Below the pieces are notes generated by a model. That model worked only from the letters and a program-made list of their open reading frames with translations, did not search any database and was not told where the DNA came from. Source: Octopus bimaculoides (lineage: Eukaryota). From it: a stretch of DNA of 64,000 nucleotides. The stretch spans positions 27,909,116 to 27,973,115 of the forward strand of contig NC_068995.1 in the NCBI RefSeq assembly GCF_001194135.2, in the 5' to 3' direction. The translations under genes and the position numbers were made by a program. Below, piece by piece: positions 49,268-61,089 of this stretch (within the stretch, counting starts at the first letter, position 1; each line of letters starts with the position of its first letter).

Positions 49268-50275
49268 TTACTCTATTTTGATGGGGCAATTTTTTTTCAC
49301 CACAGCCTTGGAAATGATGGGGTGCATGTTTTTGTGGGGTGAAAAATGCTTGAAAATTTGTGTACATGTTTTTTTTTCCTCCACCACACACCCCCACCTC
49401 CAGACCAATGTTTATGGCACTACACATTTAGAAACCATAGGAGAAATTTCAGAAAAACAAAAAAAAATTGTAAATATTTTCAGACAGAAAGGTTTGTGAT
49501 TTAAGGAAGATTTGGCTGTTGTTTCTAGTGCAACCCATGACCAACTTCCTCATTTCTTTGTCACTCTCAACATGTATTGATGTTTTCTGGTATTTTTCTC
49601 CCCATAAACGTATGCTATTTTAAAAAAAGTTTGAAAATACATGATTTTTTTCAACTCCATTTCTCTGCCCACCCCGTTTTTGTTTATAATTTTAAAATAT
49701 TGGGAAAGCCTGAGAAGGTCATTACTGGGATTTATCTACAGTGATTTAAAAAAGATAATTTATTTTAATAGCATACTTTTCTGTTAGTAAATATGTTTTT
49801 TGCTATACACAGTTACACACGCCCATGCTTGGTTAGGCAGGGGTTTAATTTAAATTACATATTGTAAATTCTTTTTGGTGCTTATTTCCTAGCTATGGAC
49901 CACATGTATGTTACTTCCGCATCATCAAACCATAAAATGTTTTTAAAGAAGAAAAATATTAAAAATCATCAGTACATGTGAAAGTAACAAAGAAATGAGA
50001 AAAGTGGTCGTGCGATGTACAAGAAAAAACAGCTAAATCTCCCTTAAATTCCACACCTTTATATCTGAAAATATTTACAAAATCTTTTTTTTTTCTTTTT
50101 TACTGGAAAGGCTTCTCACATGGTTTTTAAGTGTGTAATGCCAAGAAAAAAAAATTGGCCAACATTGATCTGGAAGGTAATGGTGGTGGGTGGGAGATGA
50201 AAAAATTTTTTCAAGCATTTTTTTTTTTCATAAAAAGATGACCCCGCATCATTTCAAAGGACATGGTGAAAAAGG
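49268..50275. mobile_element. ~1-kb foldback-type element with ~330-bp imperfect inverted arms
   Basis: 49290-49610 is reverse-complementary to ~49945-50275. It interrupts the Dong-like ORF, and agttggaa occurs on both flanks (49260-67, 50276-83). Confidence 0.7.
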
Positions 50276-51717
50276 AGTTGGAAATTCCCTGTTAAAACGG
50301 AGAAATTCCAATTTACTTGGGCACCTTGACCTGAAACTCCACCCCAACAACAATAGTAAAACGTGCAATTGATCCAGATGCTTCCACCATAGCTGTACGC
50401 AAGCTGCATGATGGGAAAGCACCTGGAATGGACCTAATATACTGGTATAAGAGACTGACATTTTACAGGAAACCACAAATATATATATATATATATTCAG
50501 AAGCTTGACATACCAAATTAGTTTGTTATACCACTGACAAATCTTGTAACCAAGAATGAAACCACCAAATTGGATGAAAACTACAGGCCCATTGCTTGCT
50601 TAAACATTATGTACAAACTGTACACAAGCTGCCTCAACCAATTCCTTCAGGATCATTGTGAGTTCAACGGCATAGTGACTGATGAGCTGGCTGGTGGAAA
50701 GAAGAGAGTATGGGCATGTGCTAAACAACTCTTAATAAACAAAGCTGTACTATCTGAGGTTTAAAAAAAAAGACATCACAGGAGCCTTATATGGCTTGAT
50801 TATAGAAAGGCATCTGACTCTATTCCCCACTCATTGTTGCTGATATGTTTCCATTTGGCAAAAGTGCCTACTACTAAAATTGCTGCCATTGAAAGGCTTA
50901 CAAAGAACTGGGAAACAACTCTTACTCTTAGAACAGAGAGCAGAATGCTTATCTCCAATAGTATAAATATTCCAAGAAAATAGTTTTCCTGTAATTATGT
51001 TCATTTTGGCATTAAATCCATTATCATTCCTGCCACAAAAATCAAGTGTCTGCAACTGCTAGAGATATTAGTGTAATCAATAATTTCTTTGTGGATGACC
51101 TCAAGATTTATGCTAAAAATGTTAACAATGCCAAAAACAGATGAAATTAATGACATTTTCAGCTGACATAGGATTGGAATTTGGTGAAAAGAAATGTTCA
51201 TATTTGATCGTTGAACAGGAAAAATCAGACCCCAGGCCCAAAACCAGTACTTCAGTGGTCTCAGTCTCTTCTGTCCCACACAAAGAATGCTACAACTACT
51301 TAGGCATTGATGAAAATATATCATACAGAGGTACTGTGAATAAAGATAGAGTGACCCGGGAACTTAGAAAAGTATGGCAGCTGGAACTCTCTTCTTACAA
51401 GCCAATATCCCACAATGCATTTTCAGTACCAGTACTGATTCCAACATTTGGGATACTTGATTAGTCTGTAGAAGATGCTAAAACTCACAAGATACTGATG
51501 TCAACTAGAAATTTCCACAGGAATAGTGATATCGATAGGCTCTTCCTAAGATGTGAAAATCAATAGGAAAATTGATTTCAAGTTATATAGATTGTTTTGA
51601 GAACACATTATGTCCAAGACAAAAAAGACTCCTGTATTAACTGTATTTATATCTTTTCAGCAATGTACTCATGCTTCTCAGTTGATGATGGCAAGAGATA
51701 ATTATAATAGTCTTTGT

Positions 51718-51742
51718 TTTGGGGATGATGATGATAATAATG

Positions 51743-51781
<39 letters not shown>

Positions 51782-54700
51782 GAATACTCCTCTCATGTAA
51801 CAAGTGGTATGTGCTCACCATTACAAATATTTTGATGTCGAGAAGTCAGGGTAGTCAGTCATGTCTTGTCTAACTAACTATACTGCTATACTGGAGTGGA
51901 TATTATAACAGTCTGATGTTGAATTACAGCAGTGGCGACAAAGAGTTACAAAACTTACAAAAGTTTTTTTGTGTAAATTTTACAGTATACAAAAGCATAA
52001 AATTGTGGAAGATTTGTTGGCTGGTTTGCTCAACTTGCAAAACAGCAACAACAGCTGCAGCTGCATGAACAACAGCAAATGCTGCAATTAATGAATAGTA
52101 AGTCACCAGGAAATACTGAAGAAATGTTCTCAGTAGATTATGTTGTAAACTCAATATTGAAATTTAAGTATTAACCAGATGAAGCAGTTACCTTTGAGCC
52201 ATACTACAGAAGATACAAACAGATCTTCAATAAAGAGTTCAGAGATTGGGACGATGATATGAAGATGCGTCTAATCCTAAGAACACTGGCAGCAGAACAT
52301 GAGCATTACAGCAATTACATACTCTCAAAAAAACCTGACATAAACTTTAAAAATACAATAGACATATTGCCTAAAATTTTTAGCAAGAAAAGCTCATTGT
52401 TCAATACACACTGTTAATGTTTGAACCTAGAAAAAACAATGATGAGAACTACATCATCTATGCTGGTAGAGTTAACAGAGAATGTGAAAAGTTCAAACTG
52501 GACAAATGAACGCTAGATATGTTCAAGTGCCTGATATTTACTCAAGGACTAACTGCAGAAAAAGAAGCAGAGGTAAGAACAAGAATTCTCACTAAGCTGG
52601 AACAAAACCAAGCTGTAACCTTACAACAAGTGTTAGAAGAGTGTGAAAGAATAGTAAATTTAAGACATGACACAGAGAAAATTGAACACAAAGATTGCTC
52701 CTTAATGAAACAAGTGCAAAACAGGCAGAATAGAAATCAAGTGTGTACTAAAATACAGGACAAAATAGGTCTACACCTGAGGAAAACTGCCCATTTAACA
52801 AAACAGAATGTTTCTGTTGTGGAAAAATTGGACATGTAAAAGCGCACTGTAAAACCAAGATGACAAAACATTGGAACAAAGAGAAAAGAATAAACAAGAT
52901 GTTGTTGAAAGAAAATGGTAATGTAACAAAAAGGAAGTTCATAAATGTAAAAATTGAAAATATAAGAGTAAAAGTGTAGTTAGACACAGGAAGTGATATT
53001 TCCATTGTGAATGAAGAAACTTGGAAGTATGTTGGTAAGCCAAACTTAAGTAAATCTACAAAAGTAACACATGGTGTTAAAGGTAAAAGATTGTATTTTG
53101 TAAGTGAATTTGTGTGTAATGTGACATTTCGTGACCAAATGAAAACTGCAAAAGTATATCTGTTAAAAAATTCAGTTAATCTATTTGGAACAGAGTGGAT
53201 GGAACTGTTCAAATTGTGGAATATGCCCATAAGTGTTTTGTGTGGAAATATAGTCAGTTCAGTTGAAGGTTTGAATGCAGCTATGGGATTGAAACAGAAA
53301 ATAAAACATTTATTTCCAGATGTTTTCTCAAATGAACTGGACTGCTGCACAAAAACAAAGGCAAAAATTGTAGTAAAACAGTGCAACACCTGTATTTAAG
53401 CCAAACATAATGTACCGTTCACAGCACTAGAACAGGTATATAAGGAACTTGAAAGACTGGAAAGCCTACGTATAATTGAGAAGATAGACCACTCAGATTG
53501 TGCAGCACCTATAGTCTATGTAAAAAAGAAAAAAATAAGAGTTTGTGTAGATTTTTCAACAGGGTTGAATGATTGCTTAATCTCATATAACTACTCAATG
53601 CCAAGTCCTGAAGAAGTATTCACAAAATTGAATGGAGGGAAATTCTTCTCAAAATTAGACCTCTCAGAGGCATATTTACAAATCTGAGTAGAAGAAGAAT
53701 GCTCACACTTATTACCCATTAATACACACCATGGCTTATTTAAATTTAAGTAGCTTCCCCCCGGTATAAAAGTGGCCCCTTCCATATTTCAGTAAGTAAT
53801 GGATACAATGCTGGCAGGCAGTGATTTTTCTATAGCCTATTTAGATGATATCCTAATAAAAAGCAAATCACATGCACAACATGTAGAATGCATAAAAAGG
53901 TTATTTGAAAAGATAAGAGAATACAGTTTTAAGTTAAGTGAAGAAAAATGCGAGCTCTTTCTGAAAAAAATTAAATACTTAGGTTGGATAATAAATAAAA
54001 ATGGACGGAAACTGGATCCATCTGGAGCAACTGCGATAAAAAGTATGCTCACACTGAATGATGTGACTATGCTACAAGCATCCTTGGGATTAGTAAATTA
54101 CTACCAAATTTATATACACAATGTAAGGATCCCACTCAATGATTTGTTAAAGAAAAATGTAAAATGGTGCTGCACTGATAAGTGCCAGAAGGCATTTGAA
54201 ATTAAAAAACATTTTAACCTCAAACTTATCATTCACGCATTTTGTTCTGAAGCTGGATATGATATTGATTACAGATGTGAGTGATTGCAGTGTAGAAACA
54301 GTGCTTCTGCAGAAATATGACAGTGGGAGTAAAAAGGCTATAGCCCATGTGTCTCGATCATTATTACCAACAGAAAGGAACTATAGTCAAATAGAAAAAG
54401 AAGTGTTAGCAATGATATTTGGTATGAAAAAATTCCATAGATTTATTCATGGAAGAAGGTTCTGTCTCCAAACAGATCATTTCCCACTACTGAAAATATA
54501 CAGTTCTAAAAAAGGAATACCAACACACAGCGAATAGACTACAGCAATGGGGCACTAGATTATTGAATTACAATTACAAAATTGAATATTTACCGTCAAA
54601 GAAACTAGGGCATGCGGATAGTTTGTCCAGAATGATACCAAAATATTGTGAGCCATTCAAAGATACAGTAATCGCAGCTTTAAGATCAGAAGGAAAAATA

Positions 54701-56197
54701 TAAAAAATGTGATACGAGAATTGCTGGTGACCCTTGAAGACATAAAACAAAATGCAAAACACGACAAATTCATAATAGAAATGAAAAGAATACTGTGGAC
54801 AAGAAAAGTAAATAGGAACAGGATTGGTGCAAAACAAAACCAAGACATGAACCTATACTCAATCTGTGATAGCGTACTGATTTATGCATAGAGAGTAGTG
54901 ATACCTGAAACACTGCAAAAGAAAGTGTTGAGGGAATTCCATGTTGGACATGCTGGTATTTCGAGGATGAAAGCTTTAATGCATAGTTATGTGTACTGGC
55001 CAAAAATGGATAGAAAAATTGAAAATTTAGTGAAAGGCTGCAGAAGTTGTGCTCTGACGGCAAAATTACCGATGATAAAAAGTGAAACTTAGCCAAAAGT
55101 AGATGTCCCGTGGTCAAAACTACACGTTTATTTCACTGGTCCCTTAAACGGTTAACGCTATTTAGTGGTAGTAGATAGTTTCTTTAAATGGTCAGAAATT
55201 TGTAAGTGTAAAAAACCAACCTCTTCAACTATAACAAACTTTCTAGCTGTTTGCATGATTTGGCATCCCAGACGTGATAGTGTCTGACAATGGGACACAA
55301 TTTGTCTTTTGAGTTTAAAATGTTTGTAAAATGTCTGCTGTAGAACATGTAACTATGGTGCCATACCGTCCCAGATCTAGTGGACATGTGAATGCTTTGT
55401 CAATACATTCAAGAGATCCCTAAGAAAGTCGAATAAGGAAGTCCCGGATGAGGCAGCTCTACAACAGTTCTTAAGAGTATACTGTGTGACACCAAATCCA
55501 AATACACCAGCAGAGCTAATGTTTGGATGAAAAATAAAATTAGTCTTTGACTAATTATTACCTGGCAAGAAAAGAAAAATTCCAATGGATAATACAGCAA
55601 GATATTTTAAAATTGGTGAAAATGTATTTGTTAGGGCATATAAGAATGAAAAACAAAGTTGGGAAGATGGCATGATTACTAAACACAGAAAAATGCTATA
55701 CTTGGTAAAAGGGGAAAAAAATGGGTATACAAGAGACACCTGAATCAACTAAAAAGAAGATTCTTTGAGAATGAACTCGAGAGAATGGAAAAGTAATGGA
55801 ATGGTTATATGATACTTTACATGTACCAATGCTGCTACAAATAATTGAACCCAGACACACAAACGAAAGAAAAAGAAAATGTACAGAGTTCCTGGAAGTG
55901 AATGCCAAATGAAATAAATACTAAATTTGTAACTGGATACAAATAAAAAAAACCTCAAAAAAGGGAGGTGGGATTATGTAAAAATCATTGTTAATAAAAA
56001 GAAATAAAATTACACTCCCTAAGAAAAAGAACTTAAAAGGCAAGATATTATGGGGATAATAATAATAATGGAACACTCCTCCCACATGACAAGTGGTGTG
56101 CTAGTTGTTACAAATACTGTGATGTTGTGTCTTGTCTAATTAACTATACTGCTATACTGGAGTGGACATTATAACAGTCCAACATTGAATTACAACA
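51718..56197 (+). mobile_element. Gypsy (Mag-like) LTR retrotransposon, degenerate; 3' LTR 55977-56197, partial 5' LTR ~51718-51931
   Basis: Both LTRs share ctatactgctatactggagtgga...gaattaca.ca. PBS TGGCGAC; PPT aaaagggaggtggga. gag FKCLIFTQGL, protease LDTGSDISI, RT AYLDDILI, RNase H NYSQIEKE...QTDH, integrase HVGHAGISRMK...YWP...CRSC. Confidence 0.9.
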
Positions 56198-56199
56198 GT

Positions 56200-57330
56200 C
56201 TTCTTTACTTGTACAACTGCATGTGAATTACTTGCATGTTTAGGGTTTGTTTCAGAAGTATCACTAATTTCCTTGTTCATTCACTTAGCTGTCTCAGATA
56301 AGTCACACACGAACTGTATTTCTGCCCAGGAAGAGCAGCATAGAACTAGTAGACCTTGAAACAGCAGTGTCAGGTGTATGTTCATTAAAACAATGTCAGT
56401 GGAGGAGCCTTGATTAAGAAGAGAATAATAATAAGATATTTCTTGGATTTGCGGTTAAGAAAAGGCTCAAGAATGTTTCTAGTATTTTTACAAAGTCTAA
56501 CTAATGCAAACAGTTTGAAGTGGAATTTAGGCCACTGGGAATGTGCATTGTAAACATATTAAGTCATTGAGGTTACTGACTTTAAAAAGTGGTCATGAAA
56601 GCTAATTAAATCATTGGTGATGGTTAATGAGTGAAGGTGAGACAACAGATGAATTTAAATGAATAGGAAAACAACTTTCAGCATGACCAACTGATATTCT
56701 TTATTGCTTATTTCCATGTGAGAAAGCTGAGTAAATCTATTTAAATACAAACACTGTCTTTCAGAAACATGTTGGAGCGTAATGTATAACTTAGTTGAGT
56801 TACAGATGGTCTGAGATTGGAGTTATGTAGTATGTATGTGAACTGATGGTGATGTAGGTAGACATGTCTGGTATAGTGGAGGAAGAATAGTCTAATGGTT
56901 TCTTATTCATCTTTTCGTGCATTTTGTAATAGGTGAAAGATAAAATAGTTAAAAGAGAACAAATCATGGTTCATGTTTTGCTGTTAGCAATTGCATTAGT
57001 CATTTCTGTTCATATCCCTAGTAGATCTCTCAAAAACCTGTGCTTGCTTAAGCAGGGAAGAAAAAGATAGGGGATTATGTGCCAGCTGAAGTTAGTTTGA
57101 ACACTTGCAATGCGCAAACTACAAAAATCACCTCAAGGCTGGGAGATGGTTTAAAACAGGGAGGTCTGTTCCACAAAATTCTCAGAAACAGTGACTTTAC
57201 CATGACATCAGAAAGCTTTCTTTAACTGGGAAATGGCTTGATTCATCTAATTGCACAAGAAGCATGATAACACTCACAAACAGAATTCAAAACAAACAAA
57301 ATTTGAAATAAGGAAAATGAAGAGCTGAGT
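56200..57330 (-). mobile_element. Old CR1/L2-like LINE 5' part (PHD-like ORF1 plus APE remnants)
   Basis: Minus strand: VCECYHASCA (PHD-like), VYNAHSQWP (GDFNAH-like), FLTANP. Very degraded. Confidence 0.45.
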
Positions 57331-58037
57331 AAAAAGCAAAACTTTTTAGATACAGTTAACTCTTAAAGTACAATACCACAAGTAACTGAAACCATCACCA
57401 GATCCCTAACCACACAATTCTAATTCACAAAATGTTTTGGACTGAAAATGGGAACTAAGCATTCTTCTATATGAAAAACAAAAACCTCGTTGTTGAAAGA
57501 ACTTCCTTTTTAACCATGCACATTTCTGTTTGTGGTTTCAGTGAAGTTTTTTGAATTTGCTTTACTTGCTTTGATTTTTTAGCATCATGGCAAGTATCTC
57601 TGAAGTGATGAGTTAGAATTCAGTTATATGATTTATTAATGGTTTAATTTGAGAAAGAGAGCTTGGGCTCGAGAAATAATCAGAGAAGAATATGAAATTT
57701 GATCTTCTGGAACCAAAACAAACTGAATACCTGAGGGTAAAAGCTCTGAGGAACACATAAGTCAAAGCAAAAGAATATTTAAGAAAGGATGTAATTATTA
57801 ATGTTGCAGAAATTATTAAGACAAATGAATTAAATGTCTTTATATGTCACATTTTTTTATTTCGTAAAAGCTTTTTCAGAAGAATCTTGATTTTATTTCC
57901 TAATAAAAATAAACAGAATTGATAGATTCAAAAACAACAAAAATCCAAAAACTGCTATATTGCACTTTAGAAAGATACTGTATGAGAGACATATTTAGCA
58001 CAACAAAGTAAAACATTATGTTGATTTAACTTTTCAG

Positions 58038-58207
58038 ATACATCATTCTCTCGTACCTATGCTGCTGGTCATCCACCTAACCTTACCATTGTTGTGCAAC
58101 ATCTGAAGCAATGTAGCAGTCAGTTTATGTCAGTATTTGATAGTTACCAACAGCTGAAGAGGAAACTGGCCAGTGTTACTGACTTGACAGCAGATGACCT
58201 TAAAGAA
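58038..58207 (+). CDS. NUP205: Nup205 internal exon K
   Basis: ttttcAG/GTAAGA, 170 nt, phase 1-0. ...HPPNLTIVVQHLKQCSSQFMSVFDSYQQLKRKLASVTDLTADDLKE resembles LPGLGIIIYLLKQSANDFFSYYDSHRQSVSKLQNVEQLPPDEIKE. Confidence 0.92.
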
Positions 58208-58589
58208 GTAAGATTTTATTGTTATGATCTTGTGTGAAAAAGGAAAATTGTTCAACATTATAGAGATGTAATAAGAGCACTAGACACTTATTGGCTAATG
58301 AATGAACATTTTAAAGTCATGATAGAGTTCTGGATTAATGTTATTACTTTAAGTTCTATTGCATCTTTTTGAATGTCTGTATAAGTGGCAGAGAGAGAGA
58401 GAGAGAGAGAGAGAGATAAAGATGCTTGGGTGAGAATAAATAAATAGAGACTTTCTGTTATCTGCTCCAATTTTTATATGTTTGATTTCACAACTTTCAT
58501 CCCCTCTAATGTATTCTGCAAAAGCACTCTATATTACTTACTGAATTTTAACATTCTAGTAACTGCATCATAACTGACAGGTAATTTTG

Positions 58590-59250
58590 CACCTGTGCCC
58601 AGCATCGCCTTTCTGGCACTTGTGCCCACGGCATGTGTAAGGACTTTCGAGAGAGATCGTTGCCAGTGCCCCTGGACCGGCTCTTGTGCGGGTGGGACAT
58701 AAAATACACCATTTTGAGCGTGGACGTTACCAGTACCGCCTGACTGGCCTTCGTGCCAATGGCACGTAAAAGCACCCACTACACTCTCAGAGTGGTTGGC
58801 GTTAGGAAGGGCATCCAGCTGTAGAAACTCTGCCAATTGGAAATATGCTGTGCGTGAGAAGACCCGGTAAGCCAAGTGAGACCTAAATCTAAGGTCTCAG
58901 CCAGTCCACTTATGCGTACCTTCCTTCCTTCATTGGACACTAAACCCCACTTGCGAAGACCTGTTAAGGCAAGTGAAATCGAAATCAAGTTAAATTTGAC
59001 ATCCGGCACCCATGCCAACGTCGTCTCCCTCATTGGACACGAAACTCAGCTTGCGAAGACTTATTGGGGCAAGCGAAAGCGAATTTGTGATGGCATCTGT
59101 GCCTAGCGTCGCCTTTCTGGCATCCAGCTGTAGAAACTCTGCCAAATCAGATTGGAGCCTGGTGTAGCCATCTGGTTTTACCAGTCCTCAGTCAAATCGT
59201 CCAACCCATGCTAGCATGGAAAGCGGACGTTAAACGACGATGATGATGAT
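58590..59250 (+). repeat. Composite RTE-tail/SINE-like repeat with internally duplicated modules
   Basis: gcatccagctgtagaaactctgccaa occurs at ~58810 and ~59118. The cattggacac..aaac....cttgcgaagac module occurs twice. Ends in (GAT)n. Confidence 0.8.
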
Positions 59251-60189
59251 ACCTATGTATATCAGTGGCTTATGGTGGTTGTTGTCATTGGATGTGCTGC
59301 CACACTGACCATACTAAGGCTAACATTAGTATTACTCAAATTAGGCATGCAAACTGTGTATTTCTATCCAAAATGTAAATAATGTAAACTCAATTTATTT
59401 GGGATACAGATATATGGCACTAAAGTAAATTGAATTAATAATACTCTATAAATTGTAAGCGTTCTAAAATAAACCATAATTTTCTTATGCACACACTGAA
59501 AAATAAGAAACCGTGTAACTTTAGTTACTTAAATTACTTATATGTAAGTTCTATTCTTCTTTGTGATGTAAAATGTTGGATAACCTCATCGTACAATGAA
59601 CCACTTTGCTTGAGCTGCATTAGTACACTTTTTTTAATTGAAAATAAACCAAGGCCACTTCCTGCTGAAGTTGTGTACCTACAACTTCTTGTGTTGCTAT
59701 GCACAACTTCTCGCCATGAAAATGAACATGCAACCATGCTGTCAGAACTGTTGCACACCCTTCACATTAATTTTTTGCCATTCTCCCATTATCCTATGCT
59801 ATGCCTGGTATCATATTATGATATAATGCGCTGTGAGGTGTGGAATATTATTTCAGGACACCTGCCACCAAATTTCAAGCTGAGGTATAACAAAAATTTT
59901 CCATTATGATTTGTGATTAAATTAATGAGTAAGGTTAATATTTATAATGAACTTGCCATTTTCGATTGGTGTACAGTGCACACCTAGCACACCCGAAACA
60001 TATGCCCCTGATGTATATATTTCTCAAGCTGATGTAGTTAACGCTGGCTAAAAATTTTTGATAGTTGCTGTTGGGTCAGTTTGCACAGGCATTAATGGTT
60101 GGTGGTTGGTACCCCAGTCCTTGGTTGTGGAGCAGCCAATGTAAAGGTGGTATGTCTGGATTGTCTGCAACCAGTAGTTTGAAGTTCAC

Positions 60190-61089
60190 CAGGAGGGCAT
60201 ACCTCTGGTGGCAGCAATAGGACAGTTTGTAATTCCTGTCAATAGATACTGCAGGTTGATGGAGGATGTGCTATCTTTCACAGAGGCAAGGCTGGCAGTT
60301 GCAGGCACCAAGTGAATAAGGTGGTGCCCTGTCAACGATGGTGTATTCAATGCTAGGTGTTTCATTCTGAAGGTCATGGCGCCTCCAGAGGAAGCAAAAT
60401 AAAGAAACAAATGAAGTGAAGTTCTCTCTTTCCCTGCATCTGAGCAAGTGCACGTACTGTGTGTATTCTTTCCCTGAAATCATTGGCTGTCATACCTGTG
60501 TAGTCCCTTGTGGTGCCATCGGATAGTGTGAGAGTGGCTCTGTAGACTACAGCCCTTGAGAGACAGGATCCTCCTAGGGTGCAGCTAGTAGGGTTTTCAG
60601 AAGTTACAGGTTGGGGCTGAGAGTTGTGTGTTTGCATCTATTGTCGCCTGCAATATTAGAAGCAATGTTATCTAAGCAGGAATAGCTCAGCTTGCTATAA
60701 TGTGGATTAAGGAGCTTGTAGTACCTGTAGCTTCTAGGGTAATACTTCTTAATCAACAACAGGAAGCTCCAAGCTATGTTAATGGAAATTTCTAAGTTGC
60801 ATGGAGGATCAAACCAGATTGTCTTTCACTTTCTGGTCCTATTTGGGTGCAGAGTGGAAGGTTGTGGCTTCTCAATATGTTAACTTGGTAAACACACTCT
60901 TAGCTAGAGCAGCATTGTAGTGGGGCAGGGCCCTGTTAAAGACCTCTCTATCTGCTGAGAGCTTGGATATTTTCCTACTAACACCTGAGACTAGGTTTCT
61001 AATTACAGTGGGGAGATTGAGCTCCTGTGGATGTACAGTTTCATGTAAGGGTAGTACTTACCTATATTCAGGTCTAAGGTCACATCCAA
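60190..61089 (-). mobile_element. Penelope-like element: RT C-terminus plus GIY-YIG endonuclease, degenerate
   Basis: Minus strand: LDVTLDLNIGKYYPYMK..LYIHRSS, ISKLSADREVFNRALPHYNAALAKS, CTLGGSCLSRAVVYRATLTLSDGTTRDYTGMTANDFRER, CNCQPCLCE. Confidence 0.85.

Larger units (their letters stand above)
43900..51620 (+). mobile_element. R4/Dong-like non-LTR retrotransposon, degenerate, split by three insertions
   Basis: N-terminal CYEKSHEGPSIGYMKWLKK at ~44020. The ORF reads through the Gypsy TSD (ESCDINYWNINILIY). RT motifs WESTWNGP/APG, NYRPIACLNIMYKLYTSCL, WLDYRKASDSIPH, FVDDLK, YNYLGI, AFSVPVLIPTFGIL. Confidence 0.75.

Noticed and set aside
2346-58208. Possible U12-type (minor) intron in NUP205
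   Set aside because: None of the 11 donors matches the GTATCCTT/ATATCCTT consensus.
59487-59909. 140-aa ORF as the next NUP205 exon
   Set aside because: No similarity to the expected downstream Nup205 sequence; the next exon probably lies beyond the window.
59995-60005. GAAAC-ATAT-GC next to the Penelope remnant, resembling a hammerhead stem III
   Set aside because: It lacks U16.1 and an upstream CUGANGA with stem II, and it is antisense to the element.
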